Part shown: piece after piece, positions 43,219-51,767 of the stretch
How positions within the stretch are numbered: position 1 is the first letter of the stretch
Layout: each line of letters starts with the position of its first letter
Origin: Thermodesulfobacteriota bacterium
GTDB taxonomy: Bacteria > Desulfobacterota > SM23-61
Length of the DNA stretch: 51,990 nt
Direction of reading: 5' to 3'
Assembly (NCBI GenBank): GCA_035624375.1
Contig: DASPRR010000122.1
Coordinates: forward strand, 1 to 51,990
Made by a program: the position numbers and the translations under genes
The notes under the pieces: generated by a model
Seen by the model: only the letters and a program-made list of their open reading frames with translations
Told to the model about the DNA's origin: nothing
The model's database searches: none

Positions 43219-45000
43219 ATGTACACTTGGTTTTATGGTTTTTCCGAGGAGCCTTTTAACGTTAACCCTGACCCTGTCTTCCTCTATTTGACGAAAACCC
43301 ATCAGCAGGCTTTGGACGATATGGTCCGGGCCCTTCAGGAAAGAAAGGGATTTGCCTTGATCCTGGGCGATTTGGGCAGCGGAAAGACCACCCTGATCCA
43401 GTATTTCCTGAACACGGTCGATCCGAAAACCTTGGTCAAGGCTATCTTTCATCCCCCCGGAACGATCGAAGACCTGCTGGAAGAGGTTCTCCGGAATCTC
43501 GGAGTACCCGCCGCATCGCATGACAAGGACTCCTTGGTCGGGCAGCTGAATGATTTCCTTCACCGCCTCTCTCCCGAAGAAACGCTGGCTCTGGTCATCG
43601 ACGAAGCCCACGAAATGAGCTCCAAAGTGATCGAAGACCTGCGCCTTCTGCCGACCCCTGAAAACATCAGCTCCCGAAAGCTTCAGGTCCTCCTGGTGGG
43701 GCAGCCCGAATTAAAAGATGTTCTGAAGTCTGAAAGACTGAAGGATTTCCTGGAGACCATTGAAGTCCAGGGAGAGCTCCACCCCCTGAGCGAGGAAGAA
43801 AGCCGCCTCTATATCTCCCACCGACTGCAGAAAGCGGACAGCGAGATCAGTCGAGTCTTCACCCCGGACGCTTTGGACCTGATCTGCCAGCACGCTAAAG
43901 GGAATCCCCGGAAGCTGAATATCCTTTGCGACAACTCCTTTTTGATCGGTTACGGCCTTTCCAAGAAAAAGGTCGATTCCGCCATCGTTTCCGAGGTTCT
44001 CGAGGACTTGGATTTTGCGGGTGAAGAAGAGCGAATCGCCTGGAAATCGGAAGAATCCCTGAAGCCCAAAACACTAGCCTACAGGATCAAGAACCCCCTT
44101 TTTCGCAAGCTGGCTTATTCGCTGCTTGCCCTGTGCGGGGTGGGAGCCATCATCCTGCTGGGGAGAATGTACCTGAAGAGTCCGGAAGAGACGGTCTCTT
44201 CCCGATTTCCGATCAAGCCGCCGGTAGTAAAAGAAATAAGACCCCCGGAAGCGAAACCCGACTTGGCAGCCAAATCCCCTCCTCAGCCGGAGGCCGAGAA
44301 AAAGCCTTCCGCCGGCGTTCCCGAACCTTCTTCCCCCGCAATTGCCGAAAAGAAGCCGTCCACACCTCCATCCGGAGGGGAAACGAAATCTCCGGTTCCG
44401 CTCCCTGTCGCGGAGACCGGGCCGGCCCCGAGGAAACCCGAATCCCCGCCCGTTGCTGGAGAACCGAAACCGTCAGCCAAGGCCGAACCCAAGTTTGCAG
44501 TCACCAAGCCGATTCCCGTGCAGGCTTCAGGGCCCGGAGCAAAGGAAGAGGCGGTGGCGAAAAAAACAGTATTGGTTAGAGGAAAAGATACGCTTTATTC
44601 CATCGCCCTTCGGAATTATGGCGTTGCCAATACCTCCATCGTAGACCAAATATTGGAAGCCAACCCTAAGATTGGCGACCCCAACAAACTCTCGGACCGC
44701 CAGAGCGTCCGCCTGCCGGAGGTCCATGAGGAATCCTTGCTCATCCCGTCTGCCGATGGGACCTGCCAGGTTCGACTGGGGACATTTTTGAAGGCCGAAT
44801 ACGCGGCTTTTTTGAAAGGAGAGCCTTCTCTCCGGGGAAAAACCGTAGAGGTCATTCCCAGGAAATTGCCCTCGGGAGAAACCTGGTATCGAGCGGTAGC
44901 CGGGCAGTTCAACACCCGGGAAGAAGGGTTGAAGGTTATCCAAGAACTTAAGAGAAAGGGTTTATCTCCCTATTTCCCGGGGTTCAGGAAGAAAAAATAA
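43219..45000 (+). CDS. ExeA/GspA-like AAA ATPase - TM - Pro-rich linker - LysM - SPOR domain protein
   Basis: 593 aa. The N-terminus FSEEPFNVNPDPVFLY and Walker A GDLGSGKTT, Walker B LVIDEAH. A TM helix lies near aa 300. A long P/E/K/A-rich linker follows, then a LysM-like block (GKDTLYSIALRNYG...RLPE) and a SPOR-like C-terminus (YRAVAGQFNTREEGLKVIQELKRKG). Confidence 0.8.
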   Translation: MYTWFYGFSEEPFNVNPDPVFLYLTKTHQQALDDMVRALQERKGFALILGDLGSGKTTLIQYFLNTVDPKTLVKAIFHPPGTIEDLLEEVLRNLGVPAASHDKDSLVGQLNDFLHRLSPEETLALVIDEAHEMSSKVIEDLRLLPTPENISSRKLQVLLVGQPELKDVLKSERLKDFLETIEVQGELHPLSEEESRLYISHRLQKADSEISRVFTPDALDLICQHAKGNPRKLNILCDNSFLIGYGLSKKKVDSAIVSEVLEDLDFAGEEERIAWKSEESLKPKTLAYRIKNPLFRKLAYSLLALCGVGAIILLGRMYLKSPEETVSSRFPIKPPVVKEIRPPEAKPDLAAKSPPQPEAEKKPSAGVPEPSSPAIAEKKPSTPPSGGETKSPVPLPVAETGPAPRKPESPPVAGEPKPSAKAEPKFAVTKPIPVQASGPGAKEEAVAKKTVLVRGKDTLYSIALRNYGVANTSIVDQILEANPKIGDPNKLSDRQSVRLPEVHEESLLIPSADGTCQVRLGTFLKAEYAAFLKGEPSLRGKTVEVIPRKLPSGETWYRAVAGQFNTREEGLKVIQELKRKGLSPYFPGFRKKK

Positions 45001-45249
45001 TCTCAAGTCGCCAGCAGTAAGTCCCAGAATGGAGCGGAAGTCCAAGGGCATTTTTCCCACCTCCAGAACAAAGTCCCAATCCTTTTTGAATCAGAAGCCC
45101 TTCCGTCCACCGCAAGAACCCGCCGGTTTTTAGCTGCTTGAGTTTTTTCCCCAAACTTGAAGGCCAGGTCAAGACCCACTAAGAGGCGAAAGAAACGAAG
45201 GGCCGCCCGGGCCGAAAGGAAGAAGATTAAAGAAAAAAAAGAATAAGGG

Positions 45250-45585
45250 CTATGGCGTTGAACGCAGAGAAGGTGGGAAAATGTCACCGGGGAAACCTCC
45301 GAAGCGAGGGAGGAAAGATCGAATCCTCTTGAAAAAAAACCCCGGGAAACGGATAAGAGATGCACCAATGGATAGAAGATCAGAATCCAAGGCTCGGCGC
45401 AAGGTAAAGTAACTCCCGAGAAGAAGGGAGAAGAGATGACAAGGAAGGAAAGGGGATAGAGGGCTGGGGGCACTTGATGAAAAGATTGGAAAGAAAAATT
45501 TTAGAAACCCTCGCAATGCATGCCAAGAAATTGAGGGAATATACGGGAAAAAGGATAAAACCAGGGAGAGGAAATGAAAAAACAA
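45250..45585 (-). CDS. Doubtful ORF (Phe/Ser/Leu/Pro-rich, TTG start) downstream of a strong SD and a sigma-54-type promoter
   Basis: AAGGAGG (revcomp of 45592-45598) lies 6 nt before TTG 45585. The composition simply mirrors the pyrimidine-rich strand and no family is recognised. Confidence 0.2.
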   Translation of the reverse strand: MFFHFLSLVLSFFPYIPSISWHALRGFLKFFFPIFSSSAPSPLSPFLPCHLFSLLLGSYFTLRRALDSDLLSIGASLIRFPGFFFKRIRSFLPRFGGFPGDIFPPSLRSTP

Positions 45586-45721
45586 GTAGGTCCTCCTTAT
45601 ATAAGGCCTTCGCTGGCCGTGGTAGAGTTAGCGGAGGTACGGGTCCTTCGGGGGGCCTGTAAGGCCCCTGTACGCAGCGCTCTTTATTTTCTGAAAACCT
45701 CCCGTCCGATTTCCGAGAATC

Positions 45722-45737
45722 AGCAATTCATATGCCA
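45722..45737 (-). promoter_or_regulatory. Sigma-54 (-24/-12) promoter TGGCAT-atgaa-TTGCT on the minus strand
   Basis: The revcomp of 45722-45737 reads TGGCATATGAATTGCT. GG and GC are at the canonical 12-nt offset. It lies in a gene-poor region. Confidence 0.5.
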
Positions 45738-45965
45738 ATGGGCAAGGAATGCGCTCTTGGGGTAATTTGTTAAGATGATTCGTGTTTTTTCATCGAGAAA
45801 GTGCCTGTAGCTTTGGTAGGTTACAATAATGGGGGAGGAAAAGCCAAAAATGGACATGGAAGACTTTTAGTATGGTGATGGCCTGCCCTACGACGCGGAA
45901 AGGCAGACAATCCTGGGCCCGAGTCTCTTAGAAAAATGGGGTTAACGACTTTATGACTAAGTGAC

Positions 45966-45994
45966 TTGACACAACGGCCTCGATTTCTTACATT
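45966..45994 (+). promoter_or_regulatory. Candidate sigma-70 promoter TTGACA-N17-TACATT upstream of the MBL hydrolase gene
   Basis: Hexamers at 45966-45971 and 45989-45994, about 130 nt upstream of ATG 46127. Confidence 0.4.
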
Positions 45995-46126
45995 GGAGGA
46001 AAAGAAATGCCAACCCAAGTTCATCACCCCAACTGGCATGGGTTCCTCCTGAACGGACAGACCGTCGAAACCCTGCCGATCTTTCGAACCATTCACCGAA
46101 ACGGTTGAGAAAGAGAGCTCGCACGG

Positions 46127-46816
46127 ATGAATCATCTTCGGGAAGTGGTGAGAGGCGTGTACCTGGTCGGGTCTCCAGAGTTGACCGCCCCTGAAGATTG
46201 CTGCGTATACCTTCTGGACCTGGGGGACCTGGTTCTGATCGACGCCGGTGCGGGAAGGACCGTGCCTGCCATCCTTGAAAATATCGCCTCTCTGGGACTG
46301 CACCACAAAACCCTGGCCGCTGTGGTCGCCACGCATTGCCATATTGACCACATCGGAGGCATTCCCGAAATCCGTCAGAGGACTGGATGCCAGATCATCG
46401 CCCATTCTTTGGATGCCCCGGCCATGGAGAAGGGGGACTCGGGGAAGACCGCCGCCGATTGGTACCGGATGACCTTTCCGCCCACTCCGGTGGACATCAA
46501 GTTAAATGAAGTGCGGGAAGTTCTGAAATTCGAAAAAGGAGAGGTCCTTTGCCTTCACACACCGGGTCACACTCCGGGGTCCATTTCTATCATTCTGGAC
46601 CGGGAGGGGCAAAGGGTCCTCTTCGGGCAAGATATCCACGGGCCCTTCTCGGATTCCTTCGGCTCGGACCTGGCGGCCTGGAGAAAGTCCATGGGAATTC
46701 TCCTGGGCTTGAAAGCCGATATCCTCTGTGAAGGTCATTTTGGGATCGTCCAACCGGAGAAAGAGGTGCGGCGGTACATTCAAGACTATCTGGAAAGGTA
46801 TAAAAAAGAAAATTGA
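46127..46816 (+). CDS. MBL-fold metallo-hydrolase
   Basis: 229 aa with THCHIDHIGG (the H-x-H-x-D-H motif) and HTPGHTPGS. Confidence 0.85.
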   Translation: MNHLREVVRGVYLVGSPELTAPEDCCVYLLDLGDLVLIDAGAGRTVPAILENIASLGLHHKTLAAVVATHCHIDHIGGIPEIRQRTGCQIIAHSLDAPAMEKGDSGKTAADWYRMTFPPTPVDIKLNEVREVLKFEKGEVLCLHTPGHTPGSISIILDREGQRVLFGQDIHGPFSDSFGSDLAAWRKSMGILLGLKADILCEGHFGIVQPEKEVRRYIQDYLERYKKEN

Positions 46817-46920
46817 TGAATTGGTGGAAAGTCGAAATTTCATAAAACTCGACACTCCGGCGTACCCCGGATCGGGTCCGGGGCAGGCTCCGGAAACCAG
46901 TTTTTCCAAGATGTTCTAGA

Positions 46921-46985
46921 CCTCGGGTTTCACCGGGGTGACGATTCAAGAGATTGAAAGACCGTCAAAAGTCATCCCGAAAATA
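46921..46985. repeat. Second copy or remnant of repeat family A (tttcaccggggtgacgattcaagagatt...)
   Basis: Aligns by eye with 727-775 (ctttcgccggggtgacgcttaacgagactt...). It shares the core TTC-R-CCGGGGTGACG-M-TT-M-A-M-GAGA. Confidence 0.5.
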
Positions 46986-47004
46986 ATTTTATTTGCGACT
47001 CTAA

Positions 47005-47805
47005 ATGAGCAAGAACCGATCCGGAATTGTGACCCTAATAACCGACTTTGGCTGGGGTGGAGAATACGTGGGGGCCATGAAGGGGGCCATCCTCCGAGTA
47101 AACCCGGAATGCCGCGTCGTCGACCTCACTCACCAGGTTGAACCCCAGAACATTCTCCAGGCGGCCTATATCCTGAAAAACACCTTTCCATTCTTTCCTC
47201 CGGGAACGGTCCATCTGGCAGTCGTCGACCCCGGGGTAGGTTCCCGGCGGAAGGCCATCGTCGTAAAAAGAGAAGAGCATCTTTTCGTTAGTCCGGACAA
47301 CGGGGTTCTCAGCGGTATCTTGGGGGGGAAAGAAACGGCCTCAGGGTACGAAATCAAGGAGAGAAAATATTTTCTCTCTCCGGTGAGCGATACGTTTCAT
47401 GGCCGAGACATCTTTGCTCCTGTTGCCGGGCATTTATCTCTGGGCCTAGACCCCTCAAAGCTCGGCCCGCAGATTCAGGGCCTGAAAACCATTGTCTTGC
47501 CCCGGCCTCGAATGGTCAAAGGAGGATTGAGGGCCCGCATCCTCTGGGCTGATTCTTTCGGAAACCTGATTACCAACCTGGCCCGCGAGGATTACGGCCG
47601 GAAATTGGAAACCCGTCCCTTTCAAATCAAGGGGAAGGGCTGGAAGATCGACCGGGTCTACCGGACCTACGGCGAGGGGCTCCCGGGACAGCCCATGGCC
47701 CTCTTCGGGAGCGGAGGATTTTTGGAAATTTCCGTGAACCGGGGAAATGCCCGGAAAACCTTGGGCCTTAAACCAGGAGACCCTATTATTATCCTATGGC
47801 GATAA
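47005..47805 (+). CDS. SAM hydroxide adenosyltransferase family protein (DUF62; fluorinase/chlorinase-related)
   Basis: 266 aa with IVTLITDFG, LAVVDPGVGS, SPDNG and FHGRDIFAP, the family hallmarks. Confidence 0.8.
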   Translation: MSKNRSGIVTLITDFGWGGEYVGAMKGAILRVNPECRVVDLTHQVEPQNILQAAYILKNTFPFFPPGTVHLAVVDPGVGSRRKAIVVKREEHLFVSPDNGVLSGILGGKETASGYEIKERKYFLSPVSDTFHGRDIFAPVAGHLSLGLDPSKLGPQIQGLKTIVLPRPRMVKGGLRARILWADSFGNLITNLAREDYGRKLETRPFQIKGKGWKIDRVYRTYGEGLPGQPMALFGSGGFLEISVNRGNARKTLGLKPGDPIIILWR

Positions 47806-50054
47806 GAATCTTGAGAGACAATCCCCGTTTGGGTATTCCCTCCTTCTTCGTTCTGATCACTCTTCTTTTTCCCGGGGGCGATCTTCCGGCGGCTCCTTCC
47901 CTCCCTGGGCAGTTCGAGCAAGGGGTCCTGCTTTTTAAAAAGGGGGAATATTCCGAGGCCTTGAAAATTTTCCAAGGTTTGGAAGAAGCCTCCAAAGAAC
48001 CTTCTTCTACTGCCGACTTAGCCTTCATGCAGGGGCAGGTCTTTCGGGAACTGCAGAATTGGCCTGAGGCGGCTCAGGCTTTCTCCCGGGCAGCTGAAAA
48101 CCATCCGCTGCTCGCCGACTATGCCCTCTTCTTTCAAGGGGAGTCCTTGCAGAAAATGAGCGAAGGAGAGAAGAGCCTGGCCGTTTTCCGCCGCCTTTTT
48201 GACCTTTATCCCCAGAGCCTCGTGAATACCCAGGCCCGGTTGCGGACCGCCGAGATCTACTTCCAGTCCGGGGACTTCCAGAATACGGCCGAGGTTTGTG
48301 AGCTGATTCTGCAGGGGAGCCCCTGGAAGGATATCCCTGCCCAGGCCTGGTTCCTTCTGGGGCAGGCCCGGGAAGGGTTGAACCAATATTCGGAGGCGAT
48401 CCAGGCCTACCAGGAAACTTGGATGAAATATCCCCTTCATGGGGCAGCGAAGAAAGCCCGCACCCGATGGGAGGCCTTGGCCCAGGAAAAGAAAGTGGCG
48501 GTGAAAAAGATATCCACTGAAGCGCTCTTCAACCGCGCCCTCCAATTCTACCAAGCCCATCAGTATGAAACTGCCCTGAAGGAAATGAATCGGATCGAGG
48601 GTCTTCCTGCACAGAGTTATCCTGCCACTTATGCTGGGGAACTGTGGGTGGACGATCTCTACTATCACCGGGGAATGAGCTACTTCCGCCTGAAACAGTA
48701 CTCGAAGGCCGTGGAGAACCTGGACCTCGTGGTCCGCTCTTCGCGAAACGAAGGAATGGCCGAGAAGAGCCTCTTCTCCCTCTTTCAGACCTTGACCCGC
48801 AGCGGCCGCAGGGAAGAGGCGCTGAGGATTCATGATTTGTTCCAGGCCTCCTACCCCCGGAGTTCCTTTCTGCCTCAAGCTCTGTACCTGAAAGCCAGCC
48901 TGTATGAAGACCGGGGGGAACCCGAGAAGGCGGTGTCTCTTTACCTGAGCGTGGCGGACCAATTCCTCCAAAGCCCTTTCCGTTTTCCGGCCCTATGGAA
49001 CGCGGGCTGGGTCCAGTACCAGAAAAAGGACTGGGCCGCAGCCCTTCAGGCATGGGAAAGGTTGAAGAAGGCAGAACCCCATTTCCGGTGGATGGAAAAG
49101 GCGCTGTATTGGAGTGGCAAAGCGCTGGAAAAGATCGACCGGAAGGAAGAAGCAGAGGAACAGTACCAGCAACTTCTGAGGGAGTACCCGGCGTCCTATT
49201 ACAGCCAGTTGATCTCATCCCGGGGACTGGAGCCCCGGGCTTCTCCAGGGCCGGTCCCAATTCTCCAGGACCGGGTTCTCTCCTCGGTCGAGGAAATGAA
49301 AACCAATTCCCCCGGCCCCAAGTCGATTCATCTGGAAAAGGGGAGACTCCTGGCCCGTTTGGCCCTGAGCCCCTGGGCCATCGACGAACTGGAGGCCGCG
49401 GAGGGAGAAGGGGGATCCCTGGATGAAAAATGGATCGAAGTCTCCCGTCTCTACCGGGAAAGCGAGGAGTATTACCGCTCCAATCTTCTGGTCCGCAAGA
49501 AGTTTGCTCTGAAACCCTTCTCCGGCAGTTCCTCCGAAAAAGAAAGGACTCTCTACCTGCTTGCTTATCCTCTGGGGAATTCCTCCCTGGTCAATCGCTT
49601 TTCTCAGGCGTGCAATCTTGACCCCGCCCTTCTTTCCGCCCTCATCCTGGAGGAGAGTCGCTTTCAGGTCCAGGCGGTCTCCCCGGCAGGTGCCCGGGGG
49701 TTAATGCAGGTCATGCCGCAGACCGGCAGGCAAATCGCCAAGGAACTGAAGGTGCGCCCCTTCTCCGAGGATCAGCTCTTCGACCCGGCGGTCAACATCC
49801 GTCTGGGGAGCCGGTATTTCGCCAAGATGCTGGAGGAATTCGAAGGAAAGGTCCATCTGGCCCTGGCTGCTTACAACGCAGGGCCCCAGGCAGTTCGGAA
49901 ATGGCTGGCAAGCAGCCTTTCTTCGGCGGAAGATGAGTTTGTGGAGAACATCCCCTATTTGGAGACCCGGAATTATGTCATCCGGGTCATCGGCAGCGCC
50001 CAGGTCTATCGGTTGCTTTACTGCCCGCAACCCGATAGCCCAGCCCAGCCCTGA
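47796..50054 (+). CDS. slt: Soluble lytic murein transglycosylase (Slt70-like: TPR/superhelical N-domain plus SLT catalytic domain)
   Basis: 752 aa with a signal-like N-terminus and many TPR-like repeats. The C-terminal SLT motifs are LILEESRFQ, GLMQVMP and AYNAGP. It overlaps the upstream gene by 10 nt. Confidence 0.85.
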   Translation: MAIRILRDNPRLGIPSFFVLITLLFPGGDLPAAPSLPGQFEQGVLLFKKGEYSEALKIFQGLEEASKEPSSTADLAFMQGQVFRELQNWPEAAQAFSRAAENHPLLADYALFFQGESLQKMSEGEKSLAVFRRLFDLYPQSLVNTQARLRTAEIYFQSGDFQNTAEVCELILQGSPWKDIPAQAWFLLGQAREGLNQYSEAIQAYQETWMKYPLHGAAKKARTRWEALAQEKKVAVKKISTEALFNRALQFYQAHQYETALKEMNRIEGLPAQSYPATYAGELWVDDLYYHRGMSYFRLKQYSKAVENLDLVVRSSRNEGMAEKSLFSLFQTLTRSGRREEALRIHDLFQASYPRSSFLPQALYLKASLYEDRGEPEKAVSLYLSVADQFLQSPFRFPALWNAGWVQYQKKDWAAALQAWERLKKAEPHFRWMEKALYWSGKALEKIDRKEEAEEQYQQLLREYPASYYSQLISSRGLEPRASPGPVPILQDRVLSSVEEMKTNSPGPKSIHLEKGRLLARLALSPWAIDELEAAEGEGGSLDEKWIEVSRLYRESEEYYRSNLLVRKKFALKPFSGSSSEKERTLYLLAYPLGNSSLVNRFSQACNLDPALLSALILEESRFQVQAVSPAGARGLMQVMPQTGRQIAKELKVRPFSEDQLFDPAVNIRLGSRYFAKMLEEFEGKVHLALAAYNAGPQAVRKWLASSLSSAEDEFVENIPYLETRNYVIRVIGSAQVYRLLYCPQPDSPAQP

Positions 50055-51457
50055 TTCACCTTCAGCGGAACCGCTTCCCGCTCGTGGCCAGCCAGGTAGT
50101 TGATCGGGTTGACCGAGTCCCACGCCGCCCGCTTCATGGAAATCAGGTGAGAAATGGAAAAGGTATGACGCAGGATGGCAGCTGCGCCTTCCCAGCCGAT
50201 CTGCGACCAGGCGTAGCCCGTCTTATAGAGTTCGGTGAACTCCCGGTAAAAATCGGCCAGCTTCAGCTTGGTGGGGAGAACAGCGTGAACGTAATCGAAG
50301 AGCTCGTAATTGGTGGTGACCAGCTTTTCTTTGACCCGGGCAAAGAGGTCCGTCCCTGGAAGAGGGGTCAGGATGGTCAGGGAAGGAGAATACAGCTTCC
50401 GGTCCAGGATATACTGGCGCAAGCGCTGAAAATCCTGCTTCTGGAAGGAAGGATCGATGATAAAGGCGGCGATCACCTCCATTCCATGTGCCCGGAGGAC
50501 CTTGAGAGCCTCCTCGTTATTCTGCACCGTGTTATGCTTGTTCAGCTGGCTCATGGCCTCTTCGTCGATCTTTTCAAAACCGATGAAGACTTTCCAGAAT
50601 CCGGCTTTTCGAAGGAGAGGGATGACCTCCGGGTGACGGACGATGGCATCGCTCCGGGCTTGAAAAGTAAAGCGTTTCTTAATCCTGCTGTCAATCAGGA
50701 GCTGGGCGATCCGCTTGGCCCGGGGCACGCTCTGGAGAAAGTTGTCGTCCGCCAAGAAGATGTATTTCTCCGGGATGGTTTTCACTTCCTCAAGGACCCG
50801 CTCGGGGCTTTTCATCCGGCATTTCCCGTTGAAGAATTTCCACACGCTGCAAAAATCACAGCGGTAGGCACACCCGCGGGCGGTCTCCATGATGGAGAAG
50901 GGCTTCTGGAACCCCAGGTAATAATGTTTGCGGTAATGCCGGGTCAGGTTCCGGGCGGGAATGGGGATTTCGTCCAGGTTTTCCACCATGGGGCGCTCCG
51001 GGGTGTAAAAGGGGGCGGAGGGCTCGTTGATCACCAGGCCGGGGAGGGTTTTCAGGTCCCGTCCCTGTTCGCAGGCTCGGACCAGGTCGCGGATGGCAGC
51101 TTCGCCTTCCCCCACCACTACTCCGTAAATATCCGAACAGTAGAAGTCCTCCGGAGAGAGCGAGGCATGGTGCCCCCCGACGAAAACAGGAATCCTCGGG
51201 TTCCATTTCTTGATGGTGGTGGCTATTTCCCGCGCCTGGTAGACGTCGATGGTGAAAGAACAATTGATGCCGCAGAAATCCGGCTGGAATTCCTCCAGGA
51301 CCCGGGGCAGGCGATTCTCGATACGCAAGTCCAGAATCTTTACGTTGTGCTCGGGCAGGTTCGCGGCGATGGACTCCAGTCCCAGCGGCTCCACCACGGC
51401 CAGGCTGCGGAATCCCAAGCCCCGCTCTTGCGAGGGCTGCATAAAAAGAATTTTCAT
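50018..51457 (-). CDS. B12-binding-domain radical SAM protein (class B)
   Basis: 479 aa with an N-terminal Rossmann-like cobalamin-binding region (MKILFMQP...PLGLESIAANL...FVGGHH) and the radical SAM motif ARGCAYRCDFCS (CX3CX2C). Its 3' end overlaps slt by 37 nt, convergently. Confidence 0.8.
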   Translation of the reverse strand: MKILFMQPSQERGLGFRSLAVVEPLGLESIAANLPEHNVKILDLRIENRLPRVLEEFQPDFCGINCSFTIDVYQAREIATTIKKWNPRIPVFVGGHHASLSPEDFYCSDIYGVVVGEGEAAIRDLVRACEQGRDLKTLPGLVINEPSAPFYTPERPMVENLDEIPIPARNLTRHYRKHYYLGFQKPFSIMETARGCAYRCDFCSVWKFFNGKCRMKSPERVLEEVKTIPEKYIFLADDNFLQSVPRAKRIAQLLIDSRIKKRFTFQARSDAIVRHPEVIPLLRKAGFWKVFIGFEKIDEEAMSQLNKHNTVQNNEEALKVLRAHGMEVIAAFIIDPSFQKQDFQRLRQYILDRKLYSPSLTILTPLPGTDLFARVKEKLVTTNYELFDYVHAVLPTKLKLADFYREFTELYKTGYAWSQIGWEGAAAILRHTFSISHLISMKRAAWDSVNPINYLAGHEREAVPLKVNQGWAGLSGCGQ

Positions 51458-51489
51458 TTTTCGCTTCCTCAGGTGGCGGCGGAATATGT

Positions 51490-51527
51490 AAAAGGTCCCC
51501 TGTCACCCACTTACAAGGGACCTTTTT
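51490..51527. terminator. Stem-loop with flanking A/T runs between tRNA-Asp and the radical SAM gene
   Basis: aaaggtccc (51491-51499) / gggaccttt (51518-51526). On the minus strand it directly follows the tRNA 3' end. Confidence 0.6.
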
Positions 51528-51531
51528 CGAC

Positions 51532-51609
<78 letters not shown>

Positions 51610-51767
51610 GGTAGGCGGAAACATTTAAAAAAAATATTTTAAAAATCACATATTGTCAAGGGTTTTTTTGCGGCCTATGGGGTACTGGCCACCAGAACCT
51701 CTACCGCGCCTGATGTTTGAAAATACCCCTAATATTTGACGGTTACGCTCTGCAGAAGGGGTTCCCA

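Noticed and set aside
45295-45320. RNase P RNA-like string gggaggaaagatcg
   Set aside because: It does not match the conserved GAGGAAAGUCCGGGC core, and no flanking P4-type elements were seen.
45180-45600. CsrB/RsmZ-like sponge RNA idea (many GGA/AGGA motifs on the + strand)
   Set aside because: The number of GGA triplets is about what the purine-rich composition would give by chance. I could not place them in hairpin loops by eye. It is kept only as one possible explanation under the skewed-region finding.
45787-45803. aaagtgc...gcttt as a second binding site for the NtrC-type regulator upstream of the 45737 promoter
   Set aside because: It shares only 7 nt (AAAGTGC) with the 24675 repeats and the palindrome is poor. 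It cannot be distinguished from chance.
45821-46405. 194-aa minus-strand ORF
   Set aside because: Half of it is antisense to the well-supported MBL hydrolase gene, and the rest has no coding signal.
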